The notes: generated by a model from the letters alone, not told the origin. DNA of 64,000 nucleotides from Phycisphaeraceae bacterium (GCA_963674705.1 OY771506.1:4064001-4128000); one strand, 5' to 3'; counted from the first letter of the stretch, positions 30,395 through 41,088 are shown. Made by a program: numbers and translations.

Positions 30395-31981
30395 ATGAAC
30401 CACAAGAGCTTGATAAGCTTCGCGATCCTTTTCTCGACCATTCTGATGCTGAGTGCCGCGCCTGTCAGTGCGGGGTTTCGCGTCAAGCCTTACCTGCTGC
30501 CGTCTGAACCCGGCGGGGTGATCGTGGTCTGGTTCTCTGAGGAAAACGAGCCCGGCTCGCTTCGCCTTGAGTTGCCCGACGGCCCTGTGACCTATCCCGC
30601 GCCGGCAGTACCCGCGCCGGCTCTCGGTTATCACGAGATCGAAGCCCAGAAGTACGCTCAAGTCGATAAACCCACCAACGCGCCGTTCAAACATACCGTC
30701 TTCCTGTTCGGTCTCACGCCCGGTTCGCAATACCAATATCAGGTCAAGCAGGGTGCCGACAGCTACGAAAACACTCTCACTACCGCGCCGGATCAAGACA
30801 GCAACGTCAGTTTCGCCGTTTTCGCAGACTCCGAGACAGAACCGGAATCCACCGGTAAGCCCACAAGCTGGCCCCAGCCTAACGGCGATCAGTCCCGCAC
30901 GTACATCGTCGACCAGACCGAAGGCTTCAAGCAGAACCTGCGCATCATCCAGTCACGCCACCCAGGCTTCCTCGCCTTCGCCGGTGATATTGCACAATCC
31001 GGCGGTGAACAACGCGACTGGGATGAGTTGTGGCGTCACCTCGCCGGCGACATCGGCAGCATTGGCGGCATGGTCCCGCTCGTCGCAGCGCCCGGCAATC
31101 ACGATTCCTACGGTGGCCCCGGTGACCTCGGGAAGTATGAACCCGCAGCACACCTGCGGGCGATGAATAAATACCGCACTTACTTCAAGCCGTTTACCGA
31201 CCCGGATCATCCCAATTGGGACTTCTTCAGACTCGACTTCGGCCCCATCACGCTCATCAGCCTCGATAGCACCAACGGCCTGCCAGACGACTCGGATCAC
31301 GACACCAATTGGAGCCTCGACGCTCGCGATCACGATCACGACTTCAATCCCGGATCAGCACAGTACCAGTGGCTCGAAGAACAACTGGCTGACGCCCAGA
31401 AGAAAAGCGCGTTCACCTTCGTGCAGTTCCACCACGCGCCATACTCTGTAGGCCCGCATGGTTTCCCCGCTGGCGATCAGGGACACAAGCACGGCCAGGA
31501 CCACCTCTCCGGCGTCCCCATGCGGATATTGACCGACCTGTTCATGCGCTACGGCGTCGATGCCGTCTTCGCGGGACATGACGAGATGTACGAGCATTCC
31601 CTGATCCCCGACGGCGTGGAGCAGTTGCCCGGAGATGATGGCACCCGCCCGCACAAACTCCACATCTACGACGTGGGCATCGCCGGCGACGGCCTACGCG
31701 GTCCGTACATGGGCAAAGGCACTGAGTACGCCGATCACGACAATCCCTACCAGATCTACCTCGCCCACTGGGATGCCCCCGAAGTCTGGGATGGCAAACG
31801 CCTTGTCTCCGGCGGCAAGCACTACGGCCACCTCGAAGTCAATGTCACCCGATCGGATAACGGCACCTGGCAGGCCGTCCTCACGCCGGCTTACAGCTTC
31901 CCGCTCATGAATGATGAAGGCGAGGTCACCGGCTGGGAGCGGCGTGTCTATGACGACGTTGTCATCTTAAGAGCGGATTGA
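30395..31981 (+). CDS. Secreted purple-acid-phosphatase-like metallophosphoesterase
   Basis: Signal peptide, FN3-like N-domain, ADS, GD, GNHD, FHH, GHDE motifs. Confidence 0.85.
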   Translation: MNHKSLISFAILFSTILMLSAAPVSAGFRVKPYLLPSEPGGVIVVWFSEENEPGSLRLELPDGPVTYPAPAVPAPALGYHEIEAQKYAQVDKPTNAPFKHTVFLFGLTPGSQYQYQVKQGADSYENTLTTAPDQDSNVSFAVFADSETEPESTGKPTSWPQPNGDQSRTYIVDQTEGFKQNLRIIQSRHPGFLAFAGDIAQSGGEQRDWDELWRHLAGDIGSIGGMVPLVAAPGNHDSYGGPGDLGKYEPAAHLRAMNKYRTYFKPFTDPDHPNWDFFRLDFGPITLISLDSTNGLPDDSDHDTNWSLDARDHDHDFNPGSAQYQWLEEQLADAQKKSAFTFVQFHHAPYSVGPHGFPAGDQGHKHGQDHLSGVPMRILTDLFMRYGVDAVFAGHDEMYEHSLIPDGVEQLPGDDGTRPHKLHIYDVGIAGDGLRGPYMGKGTEYADHDNPYQIYLAHWDAPEVWDGKRLVSGGKHYGHLEVNVTRSDNGTWQAVLTPAYSFPLMNDEGEVTGWERRVYDDVVILRAD

Positions 31982-31999
31982 TCCGACGCACCGGCAAGT

Positions 32000-32027
32000 T
32001 TGACAGCCCCCGTAACGAACCTACGAT
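32000..32027 (+). promoter_or_regulatory. Sigma70-like promoter upstream of atpC
   Basis: TTGACA (32000-32005), 16-nt spacer, TACGAT (32022-32027). Confidence 0.55.
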
Positions 32028-32078
32028 AAGCCACTTAACCGACAGGACGGAACAAATCGGGACTGGAGACACCTACTG

Positions 32079-32480
32079 ATGGCCGAAAAATCCTTCCGCT
32101 GCACCGTAATCACCCCCAATAAGCAGGTATTGGATCAGGATGTCACATCCGCGGTGATCCCCGCCTGGGATGGCGAAATCGGTCTGCTCAAGTCCCGTGC
32201 CCCGCTCATGGTCAAACTCGGCCACGGCACGATGCGTCTGGAAGGCACTTCCGGCGGCCCGGATCGGTTGTATGTCGGCGGCGGTTTCGCCCAGATGAAA
32301 GGCGATCAACTTACGCTGCTGACAGATGAAGCCCAGGCTGTCAACGAAATCAACATCGAAGAAACCCAGGCCGCCCTGCGTGAAGCAGAGGCATTCAAGC
32401 CACAGGACGCCGTCCAGTCTGAACGCCGTCAGCGCGACATCGAACGCGCCAAAGCCATGCTAAAAGCCGCAGGTAGCTAA
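32079..32480 (+). CDS. atpC: F1 ATP synthase epsilon subunit
   Basis: VITP, IPAWDGEIGLL, VGGGFAQ, C-terminal helical hairpin. Confidence 0.88.
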   Translation: MAEKSFRCTVITPNKQVLDQDVTSAVIPAWDGEIGLLKSRAPLMVKLGHGTMRLEGTSGGPDRLYVGGGFAQMKGDQLTLLTDEAQAVNEINIEETQAALREAEAFKPQDAVQSERRQRDIERAKAMLKAAGS

Positions 32481-32628
32481 TCTATAAACATCCCAGCCCT
32501 CCCACGGCGGAGGCGGCTTAAGCCGCCCGCGTCTTATCCCATACGCACAATTCTTCACGAACCCTGCACTTCCCCTGTTTGTCCAGCCCCGCCTACAATG
32601 GAGCCGATAACTACTCGACAGGGGTTTT

Positions 32629-34887
32629 ATGCGCAGGACACTCCGCAAGCACATTCCGAGCATGTTTCACCGCAGGTTACTGCTGCTGGTAATCGCTGGC
32701 ATGTTTGTGCTGATGGTGCTCGGTGCTCAATCTGTCCGCCTGTCCGTGGGTGCCGAGCATGAGCGTCGACGTGTCGCGGCCGAACAGGCCCTTCAGGAAT
32801 CCCACCCGATCCCGACCATCCGCGGCCGGATACTCGACCGGTACGACCGCCCGTTGGCGATCGACGAACCCGGCTACGAGGTAGCCGTCCGGTATCGCAT
32901 GATCAGCGGGGAATGGGTGTATCAGCAAGCCGAAGCCGCCGCCAAAGAAGCCGCCAAGGAACGCTGGAAAGAGCTGGACACGTACGATCAACAACAACTG
33001 ATCAGCGAGCAATTACCCCAGTTCGAGGCCCAGGCCCAGGAATTCTGGGACCTGCTGTCCGAGATCACCGGTGAACTGCCCGAAGAAATCGCCCGCCGCA
33101 AAGACGTCATCCGCCGACTCGTCCAACGCCGCATCGCCAGCCAGGCTTTACGCAATCAAAAAGAACGAGAAGAAGAGTTCGACGAAAAACTCACCTGGAG
33201 TGAAGCCAGGGAAAGGATCAAGGAAGAAACCTGGGCCCACTCGATCGTCACGAACATCAGCGACCGGACGCGCATCAATATCATGAACTTCATCGCCGGT
33301 TCTGATGAAGACCCGAGCCTGAAGGCATGGGCCGAGGTTGAAATCAGCCAGCCGCGCCAACGCGGTTATCCCAACGAAACCTTTACCGTCAGTGTCGATC
33401 GCTCAACCCTGCCTTCTCCATTACGTCACGAAACACCGCTGGATGTCACCGTCAGTGGTGTGGCACTCCACCACATCGGCCTGATGCGCAGCATCTGGGA
33501 ATCCGACAAGGACCTGGTCCGCTACAGCAAAGACAATCCCAAAGGCTACATGTTCTCCGGCGACCAGATAGGCCGATGGGGCATCGAAAAAGCCATGGAA
33601 GATCGCCTGCGCGGCACACGCGGCCGATTGACTACGCAACTGGATACAGGCGAAACCACACGTATCGAACCGATCCCCGGCAAAGACGTCCACCTTACAC
33701 TCGACATCCAACTGCAGGCGCAGATACAGGCTCTGATGTCGCCGCAGATCGGATTGATGACAGCCCAGCCGTATCAGAAGTACGAAGCGAAAACCAACCG
33801 CCAGCCCGGTTGGCACCTGAACGGTTCTGCCGTGGTGATGGATATCGATTCCGGCGAAATCATTGCAGCCGTCAGCATGCCCGCGATGCCGCTGAAGACG
33901 CTGCGTGAGGATTCGGAAGCCATCTTCGAAAACCACATTGACATGCCTTACCTGAACCGGATCGTTTCCCGGCCCTATCAGCCGGGTTCGACTGTCAAAC
34001 CGATCGTGCTGGCATCATCGGTAACGGCAGGTCGTGTGTCTCTCGGTGAGCAGATCACCTGCAATGGCTTCCTCGACCCCGGTCACCCGGATCGAATGCG
34101 ATGCTGGATCTACAAATCTGAATATCACCTGACGCATGGTCCGCTCTATGGCCACGAAGCCATCATGCATAGCTGCAACATCTACTTCTACACACTCGGC
34201 CGACGTATGGGTCTCTCACGGTTGAGCGAGTGGTACGGCAAGTTCGGGCTTGGTCGCATCACCGAGTGTGGCCTACCCGAAGAAGTTGCTGGCGATCTGC
34301 CAGATCCCAACAAACCCGCAGGTGAACAGGACGTCGCGGATGCAACCTTCATGGGCATCGGTCAAGGTCCGATCCGCTGGACACCCATCCAGGCAGCCAA
34401 TGCCTACGCCACACTCGCACGCGGTGGCATCTGGATGCCCCCGACCTTCATCAAGGATGAAGACCGCAACGAAACGCGTTTACGAACGGATATCCACCTG
34501 AATAAAGCCGGTGTGCGTGAAGCACTCCAGGGTTTGGAAGATGTGTTTAATCACAGCGACAGTACAAGCCGGTACCTGCGTGTGCCCGAAGGCCGTGAAC
34601 CCATCTTCAACGTCGAAGGCGTCAAGCTCTACGGCAAGACCGGCACAGCCGAAGGCGTCCCGCACCGCGTCGACACCAACGGCGATGACCGCATCACACG
34701 TGATGACAGGATCGTCAAATCCGGCGACCACGCGTGGGTTATCGCGCTGATTCAACCCGACAGTCAACCCAAGCCAACATATGTCGTTGTCGTCGTCGTT
34801 GAGTATGCCGGCAGCGGTTCGCAAGTCGCTGGGCCGATCGTGAATCAGATCGTGCACATCATGCAGCGGGAGGGCTATCTGAATTGA
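32629..34887 (+). CDS. mrdA: Class B penicillin-binding protein (PBP2/MrdA-like)
   Basis: N-terminal TM, RGRILDR, PGSTVK (SxxK), SCN, KTGT; adjacent to SEDS gene. Confidence 0.85.
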   Translation: MRRTLRKHIPSMFHRRLLLLVIAGMFVLMVLGAQSVRLSVGAEHERRRVAAEQALQESHPIPTIRGRILDRYDRPLAIDEPGYEVAVRYRMISGEWVYQQAEAAAKEAAKERWKELDTYDQQQLISEQLPQFEAQAQEFWDLLSEITGELPEEIARRKDVIRRLVQRRIASQALRNQKEREEEFDEKLTWSEARERIKEETWAHSIVTNISDRTRINIMNFIAGSDEDPSLKAWAEVEISQPRQRGYPNETFTVSVDRSTLPSPLRHETPLDVTVSGVALHHIGLMRSIWESDKDLVRYSKDNPKGYMFSGDQIGRWGIEKAMEDRLRGTRGRLTTQLDTGETTRIEPIPGKDVHLTLDIQLQAQIQALMSPQIGLMTAQPYQKYEAKTNRQPGWHLNGSAVVMDIDSGEIIAAVSMPAMPLKTLREDSEAIFENHIDMPYLNRIVSRPYQPGSTVKPIVLASSVTAGRVSLGEQITCNGFLDPGHPDRMRCWIYKSEYHLTHGPLYGHEAIMHSCNIYFYTLGRRMGLSRLSEWYGKFGLGRITECGLPEEVAGDLPDPNKPAGEQDVADATFMGIGQGPIRWTPIQAANAYATLARGGIWMPPTFIKDEDRNETRLRTDIHLNKAGVREALQGLEDVFNHSDSTSRYLRVPEGREPIFNVEGVKLYGKTGTAEGVPHRVDTNGDDRITRDDRIVKSGDHAWVIALIQPDSQPKPTYVVVVVVEYAGSGSQVAGPIVNQIVHIMQREGYLN

Positions 34888-36089
34888 TCCCGCTATCGCA
34901 ACGAATGCAGATGCTGCTCAAACCGCACCCGGGCTGGTACGCCCTGTTCGCGGCGATCGCGCTGTCCTGCATCGGTGTGCTGGCCATCGACACCGCAGGA
35001 CAGGCCGCAAATGCTTCACAACAAGCCCGATTCTGGCTGCCCGTGGCGTTGATGGTTATGGCGGCATGTATCGCACCTCGGCCGCGTTGGATCGGCCACG
35101 CTTCGTATCCGTTATTCATTGCCGTGCTGTTCGTATTGATACTCATGGCATTGCCGTTCATGCCAAGATCTATTGTCCCGGTTCGCAACGGTGCTCGAGC
35201 ATGGATCAGCATTCACAACATCACGCTTCAGCCTTCTGAACTGATGAAGGTCCTGTTCGTTCTATCCATGGCCTGGTACCTGCGATACCGAAGCAGCTAC
35301 CGTACGCTCCGCGGCCTGCTCGTGCCGTTCTTTATCATGTTCATCCCTGTCGCACTGATCCTCAAACAACCAGACCTGGGCACGGCTCTGCTATTCGCCC
35401 CGACATTGTTTGTCATGCTCGTCGCTGCCGGCGCCAAACTCCGGCATCTAGGCCTGTTGCTTGGGCTTGTCATCGTGATGATCGTGGTCAATGTTGCGAT
35501 CGCGCTTTGGGCCCCGGATTCCATGCAGATCCTGCGTCCACACCAACGCCAACGCATTGTCTCCATGGTCAGCCTCGCGCAGGGCGATACACGTTACATC
35601 AAGAGCAGCGCCTATCAGCAGGACAAGGCGATGACACTCGTCAGCGCAGGCGGCATTACCGGCTACGGCGCGGAACGTTCCGAAACCATCGTCAAATTCA
35701 ACAAGATCCCGCACGTCCACAACGACATGATCTTCTCCGTCATCGCCAACCGGTGGGGGGTGTTGGGTGTCTTCGGCGTGCTCGGGCTCTACGGCATGCT
35801 CTGCGGCTCGTTCCTGTTGATCGCAGCTAAGAGCAAGGACCCGCTTGCGCAGTTATCGTGCGTCGGCTTCGCCGGCATGATTCTCACACAGGTCGTTATC
35901 AACATCGGCATGAACCTCGGGATACTGCCGATCACAGGCATCACGTTACCGTTCATCTCCTACGGCGGCTCCAGCCTCGTCGCCACCTTCATCATGGTGG
36001 GCCTGGCGATCAATTTTGCATCACGGAGACCCGCCATGCTCGCACGTCCGAGCTTCGAATTCGACAATCCGGACGCGATCTTTCAGTAA
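34884..36089 (+). CDS. rodA: SEDS family protein RodA/FtsW
   Basis: GARAWI, QPSELMK, QPDLGT, HNDMIF, TGITLPFISYGGSS. Confidence 0.9.
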   Translation: MIPLSQRMQMLLKPHPGWYALFAAIALSCIGVLAIDTAGQAANASQQARFWLPVALMVMAACIAPRPRWIGHASYPLFIAVLFVLILMALPFMPRSIVPVRNGARAWISIHNITLQPSELMKVLFVLSMAWYLRYRSSYRTLRGLLVPFFIMFIPVALILKQPDLGTALLFAPTLFVMLVAAGAKLRHLGLLLGLVIVMIVVNVAIALWAPDSMQILRPHQRQRIVSMVSLAQGDTRYIKSSAYQQDKAMTLVSAGGITGYGAERSETIVKFNKIPHVHNDMIFSVIANRWGVLGVFGVLGLYGMLCGSFLLIAAKSKDPLAQLSCVGFAGMILTQVVINIGMNLGILPITGITLPFISYGGSSLVATFIMVGLAINFASRRPAMLARPSFEFDNPDAIFQ

Positions 36090-36321
36090 TACATTTCTCG
36101 ATCTTGTTAACACCAAGACAAACTGGTGAATCCAGGTAACTTCATCACGAGGTTTCTGCCATCCATTCTCATTCTGTACGGATTTAGCAGTATTTCCACA
36201 TTGTTTTTATAGCCTGACGCACTACACTACGGACTCGTTGGTGTTATTACCTATAGCCCGTTTCGCCTGAGCATTTTTGAAACGGATCAATCATTCGTCA
36301 ATTAGTAAAGGAGGAGGGTAA

Positions 36322-37134
36322 ATGATTAAACAAGCCAAAATCTTGCTGCAATCCGTGTGCACGATGGCAGTCGGACTCGCGATGGCTACAACTGCAGCAG
36401 CCGACAGCATCAGCTTCAGTGCCGCGGAAGGCTACACCAGCGACTATATCAACGGTCAGCCTGGTTCCGGCAGTGTCTGGAGTTCCACCGCTAACGGTAG
36501 TTCCACAATCTTCCGTGTGTACCAGAGTTTTAGCGCACCTCACGTGGATCTGCTGGCTATTAGTCTGTCCGGAGAGCACGGTTCCAGCAGCGAACCGGTT
36601 ACACCCGACTATGCCACTAAGCGTATGGAGCCCGTTACCGGCACGTTCTCCGCCGGATTCAGCTTCAAGCTTAACAGTCAGGGCCAGTTGTATGACAACA
36701 CCAGCATCGCGCTCGGCCAATACGCCGATGCCGACTGGGGTCCGTACTTCGGCTTGAACAAAACCAATATCAAGTCGCTGGCGATCCACGACGGCACGGA
36801 TTGGGTTGAACTCGTTGCCGATCTTGATGTCAGTGATTGGTACAACGTCGAGATCGTCGGCAACGTGGCCGCCGGTACTTTCGACGTCCTGGTTTATCAC
36901 GAAGCGGACCGCAATGAGACTGACGCCGATCTCGGTCTGATCTATGAAGGCACCAATCTTGCGTTCCGTGATTCGCCCTCCGAACTGGCCTACGTCATGC
37001 TGACCAACGAAGGCTCCGGCCAGGATACCGGTGGATATTTTCACCACTACGATGACCTGTACCTCGTCCCCGCTCCGGCAACCTCCGTCCTGCTCACCCT
37101 GGCCGGGCCGATGATGCTGAGGCGCAAGCGCTAA
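36322..37134 (+). CDS. Secreted protein with PEP-CTERM-like (VPAP) anchor
   Basis: GGAGG RBS, signal peptide, C-terminal VPAP + hydrophobic stretch + RRKR. Confidence 0.8.
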   Translation: MIKQAKILLQSVCTMAVGLAMATTAAADSISFSAAEGYTSDYINGQPGSGSVWSSTANGSSTIFRVYQSFSAPHVDLLAISLSGEHGSSSEPVTPDYATKRMEPVTGTFSAGFSFKLNSQGQLYDNTSIALGQYADADWGPYFGLNKTNIKSLAIHDGTDWVELVADLDVSDWYNVEIVGNVAAGTFDVLVYHEADRNETDADLGLIYEGTNLAFRDSPSELAYVMLTNEGSGQDTGGYFHHYDDLYLVPAPATSVLLTLAGPMMLRRKR

Positions 37135-37180
37135 CCCAGGATGCTGCAAGGTACCACTCAGCGATCCTGTCATCCTATAG

Positions 37181-37213
37181 AAACGCCCCGTCATTCCCCG
37201 CGGGGCGTTTTTT
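37181..37213 (+). terminator. Intrinsic terminator
   Basis: AAACGCCCCG...CGGGGCGTTTTTT. Confidence 0.7.
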
Positions 37214-37252
37214 CATCCCTGACTCGCCGATTTTCGGTAAACTCCTCGCCCT

Positions 37253-39076
37253 ATGGCGACATTGCTTACTGCCCGTGACCTCTCCAAGACCTACGCGACC
37301 CACACGCTGTTCACCGGCGTGTCGCTGTCCCTTGCCGAGGGCGACCGGCTCGGGCTGATCGGGCCCAACGGCTCGGGCAAATCCACACTCCTGAAGATCC
37401 TGGCCGACATGGTCCAGCCGGACGAGGGCGTGATCACACGACGCAAGCAACTGCACGTCGCCTACGTCGATCAGGATGACCGCTTCCAACCTGACGCCAC
37501 GCCGCTCTCAACCGTGCTCCATGAACTCGGTGGCGACAAGCCCGGCCACGCACTCGACGTCGAAACGCGTGCTGCGATCTCGCTGAGCAAACTCGGATTT
37601 ACTGACATCGAGAAACCCGTCACCGAACACTCCGGCGGATGGCGTAAACGGCTGTCTATCGCCTGCGCCCTGGCTCATGAGCCGGACATTCTCATGCTCG
37701 ATGAGCCGACCAACCACTTGGACCTCGAAGGCGTGCTCTGGCTGGAAAGCTTTGTGCGCCAGGCGCCGATGGCGGTGGTCTTCATCACGCACGACCGCGT
37801 CTTCATCGAGCGTGTGGCCGATCGTGTTATCGAGTTGTCGCGCGCTTATCCGAACGGCCTCTTCGAGGTACGCGGCAACTACAGCGAGTTCGTCCGACGC
37901 AAGGACGAGTTCCTGAGCGCCCAGGCCAATCAGCAGATCGCGCTGGCGGGCAAGGTCCGCCGAGATACCGCCTGGCTTCGGCAGGGCATCCAAGGCAGGC
38001 AGACACGCAACAAGACCCAGGTCGCCGACGCCATCCGCAGACGAGATGAACTCCAAAACACCATCGACCGCAACAAGGCGCCCACACAAACCACCGCGAT
38101 CGAATTCCAGGCGACCGAACGCAAGTCCAACAAGCTCCTTACCGCGCACCACATCGCCAAATCCCTGGGCGGCAAGCAACTGTTCAAGCAGGTCGATATC
38201 AAACTCTCGCCCGGCATGCGGCTGGGTCTGCTCGGACCAAACGGCTCTGGTAAAACCACGCTCATGCGCCTGCTCGCCAACGATCTCGAACCCGACTCCG
38301 GCACGGTCAAACATGCACCGGGCCTGCGCATTGTCAACTTCACGCAACACCGCGAAGACCTTAATCCCACGCAGAGCCTGCGACATGCGCTTTGCCCGGT
38401 CGGCGATGCTGTGGAATACCGAGGCAAATCCGTCCACGTCGCCGGCTGGGCTCGCAAGTTCCTCTTCGATACCTCCAAGTTCAACGTCTCCGTGGGCGAT
38501 CTCTCCGGCGGCGAACAGGCACGCATCCTCATCGCAAACCTGATGCTCAAACCCGCGGACGTGCTCATGCTCGACGAGCCGACCAATGACCTGGATATCC
38601 CGTCGCTTGAGGTACTCGAACAAGCTCTCACCGAGTTCCCCGGCGCGATCGTCCTGGTCACACACGACCGGTTCATGCTCGACCGCCTCAGCACCGAACT
38701 GCTCGCCCTCGACGGCCAAGGCAACACCAAACGCTACCACGCCTACGCCCAATGGCAGGACGACCCCGCCCGCAAACAAGAACCCGCAAAACCCCAGAGC
38801 CAGCCGAAGCAAGACAAACCTATTGCCCAATCCCTGCCCCCCAATCCCAACTCCCCCAAGAAACTGACCTACAAACTCCAGCGCGAACTCGACCAGATGG
38901 AAGAATCCATCCTCAAAGCCGAAACCGAGCACGAGACGCTGCAAGCCCAGGCCGCTGACCCCGCCATCATCGCCGACCGCGAGAAACACGAAGCGGTCTG
39001 CCATCAACTCAGTGCCGCCCAACAAAAGATCGACCAACTCTACGCCCGCTGGCAGGAACTGGAAGCCATGCAGTAA
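37253..39076 (+). CDS. ABC-F family ATPase (Uup-like)
   Basis: Two GPNGSGK Walker A motifs, DEPTNHLD/DEPTNDLD, C-terminal LYARWQELE coiled coil; no TM. Confidence 0.93.
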   Translation: MATLLTARDLSKTYATHTLFTGVSLSLAEGDRLGLIGPNGSGKSTLLKILADMVQPDEGVITRRKQLHVAYVDQDDRFQPDATPLSTVLHELGGDKPGHALDVETRAAISLSKLGFTDIEKPVTEHSGGWRKRLSIACALAHEPDILMLDEPTNHLDLEGVLWLESFVRQAPMAVVFITHDRVFIERVADRVIELSRAYPNGLFEVRGNYSEFVRRKDEFLSAQANQQIALAGKVRRDTAWLRQGIQGRQTRNKTQVADAIRRRDELQNTIDRNKAPTQTTAIEFQATERKSNKLLTAHHIAKSLGGKQLFKQVDIKLSPGMRLGLLGPNGSGKTTLMRLLANDLEPDSGTVKHAPGLRIVNFTQHREDLNPTQSLRHALCPVGDAVEYRGKSVHVAGWARKFLFDTSKFNVSVGDLSGGEQARILIANLMLKPADVLMLDEPTNDLDIPSLEVLEQALTEFPGAIVLVTHDRFMLDRLSTELLALDGQGNTKRYHAYAQWQDDPARKQEPAKPQSQPKQDKPIAQSLPPNPNSPKKLTYKLQRELDQMEESILKAETEHETLQAQAADPAIIADREKHEAVCHQLSAAQQKIDQLYARWQELEAMQ

Positions 39077-39181
39077 GCCTGGCGTGTCCCTGCGGCCCGT
39101 GCGCAACTGCCCGCGTTGTGTCACAACGCGGCTATGAAAGAAAACCCCCGCCCGAACGATTTTGTAAGATATAGACCCAGC

Positions 39182-39255
39182 GCCCACGTAGCTCAGCTGG
39201 ATAGAGCAGCGGACTTCTAATCCGCAGGTCACAGGTTCGAATCCTGTCGTGGGTA
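39182..39255 (+). tRNA. tRNA-Arg (anticodon TCT), CCA not encoded
   Basis: Cloverleaf GCCCACG/CGTGGGT, D arm GCTC/GAGC, anticodon arm GCGGA-CTTCTAA-TCCGC, T arm ACAGG-TTCGAAT-CCTGT. Confidence 0.97.
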
Positions 39256-39262
39256 CATTCGC

Positions 39263-39297
39263 AAAACCACCCTAGCTTTCAAGCGGGGTGGTTTTTT
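39263..39297 (+). terminator. Intrinsic terminator after tRNA, carried by the element
   Basis: AAAACCACCC...GGGGTGGTTTTTT. Confidence 0.65.
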
Positions 39298-40374
39298 GTT
39301 GATTTGATAGGGGTTTACGACTCATTGAGTCGAGAAATGTGTCCAAGTTGATGCCCGTTTAATTGCATTGAGTTGCATGCGTTTGTGTGCTTGTTGCCGG
39401 AGCTACTACCGGGGCTGTAACCGGGATCCATAAGATTGAATTCTACGATTGTTGTTTACATCTTCTTGTGTTAACAATACTTGAATCTGCCATTGACCAC
39501 CACATAAATTGTTCCTCTGTCAATATGAGGGGGGAGAGATTTACAGATTTTTCTTGACCGCATCAGCATTGTGTTCTAAAATCGAACAGCCGCCGGTGTC
39601 TAGTACTGTACAGGGACACTGGAAAACAGTCGATGCCTTGTTTAATTCATCAAATGTCAATTATGAAAGGAGATTACTAGCCAAATAGATAAATATGTTG
39701 TCAGGCGTTATCCGTGATTGGCCGACTCGATTTTGCACCCTTAGTTAATTTTCATGAATTCTCCCAGCCATCGCGGTTTTTCCAAGCCACAGTAATGATT
39801 CAAAGTATTAGCGTAAGTGTTTTAGAGTGCATACCGGGTGCGTATGCTCCTAGTTTAAAACTTGTGTTTGTAGAACAGTTAGGAATTATGTGGAGTGGCA
39901 AGTAGACTGTTTTTGTTTGATGTGGGCGTCCGCATGCACGGCACCGAACTCGGCTGATAATCCTAATTCTTGTATGAGGTGAATTTAAACCATAATTCGG
40001 CAATATTGCTATCCGAGTATTTCACTGAGATTCATACGTATATCTTCCGAAAGATCCTCGATAGATGCGGTTTGATGCGTATGAACAGTTATGTGTCCAA
40101 TCAGAAAGGAGGTATTACAGCTCGGATTTATCTAACACGGAGTGGTTCACCGATTATTCATCTCCAATCCGGAGTTTTGATGATCAGTGCGATTCGTCAG
40201 GGTGATTCAAGCATCATTCAATTAGGATAATAAAATGATGAATAACACTCTGTCCGCATGGCACCTCAGCGGAGTTTCGGCAGGCTCAAGTCAACGAGCA
40301 CTGCCGAAACCATGCACGCCATTTGGCGGGGCGGTGTTCGATAGTTGTACTTGAGCCGTTAGCCGCAACTATCG

Positions 40375-40659
40375 ATGAGCACCGTTACTATGAACAATAT
40401 TATAGATCGTATAAATTTGGCTATTTGTGACATAGATAAAGTCTTGGTTAACCTTGACGAGGGTCTAGAAAAACAAACAATAATGAACCGTAGACACAAT
40501 CTGGTACGTTGCCGTGACAGATGTATCAAGGCGAAAGAATTGGTGCATAATATTGATAATTGTGATGTTCAATTTTCTACGTTGGGTCAAATGTATCGTG
40601 AAATCGCAGAACATTACGACAATGCGTATGCTTCATTAATCGCTTCGATGGAAATCTAG
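40375..40659 (+). CDS. Hypothetical protein (helical)
   Basis: 94 aa ORF directly upstream of XRE gene. Confidence 0.5.
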   Translation: MSTVTMNNIIDRINLAICDIDKVLVNLDEGLEKQTIMNRRHNLVRCRDRCIKAKELVHNIDNCDVQFSTLGQMYREIAEHYDNAYASLIASMEI

Positions 40660-40676
40660 GGTTCAATGGAAAGCTA

Positions 40677-40979
40677 ATGTGTCAAATGTGTGATGATCAA
40701 ATGGCAAAACTCGGTGTGCATTTGAGAAATAGAAGATGTCAGCTGGGTTTAAGCCAGGATGAGCTTTCGAAGCGCATCCAAAAACCGCGTACTGCTATCA
40801 GTAAAATTGAACAGGGACAGCAACGTATTAGTGTGGATGATTTTATTTCTTACTGTAAGGTATTAGATATATCGGCGCATACGGTACTAATTAATGTTCA
40901 ATTAGAAGCGATGTCATCCAAGTCAAACGAAGCGAAAGTTTTGAGAACTATTCGCAGACTTGCTGAAGAACTTGGTTAG
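40677..40979 (+). CDS. XRE family HTH regulator
   Basis: LRNRRCQLGLSQDELS...RTAISKIEQGQQRIS. Confidence 0.85.
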   Translation: MCQMCDDQMAKLGVHLRNRRCQLGLSQDELSKRIQKPRTAISKIEQGQQRISVDDFISYCKVLDISAHTVLINVQLEAMSSKSNEAKVLRTIRRLAEELG

Positions 40980-41018
40980 ACGTTGCCCATGTGATGACTA
41001 GTTATGATGATAGAATGC

Positions 41019-41054
41019 ACAATACCCACTGAGCCTATGTTCAGTGGGTATTGT
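41019..41054. terminator. Hairpin between convergent XRE and integrase genes
   Basis: 14-bp perfect inverted repeat ACAATACCCACTGA / TCAGTGGGTATTGT. Confidence 0.55.
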
Positions 41055-41088
41055 ATATAGATTTAATACTCGATAATCATCTGATCAT

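Noticed and set aside
37508..39232. 574-aa minus-strand ORF
   Set aside because: Antisense to the ABC-F gene and overlapping the tRNA; a typical high-GC shadow ORF.
39714..40230. Short ORFs 39714-39905, 39800-40003, 39970-40230
   Set aside because: No motifs, weak or non-ATG starts and mutual overlaps; not supportable as genes.
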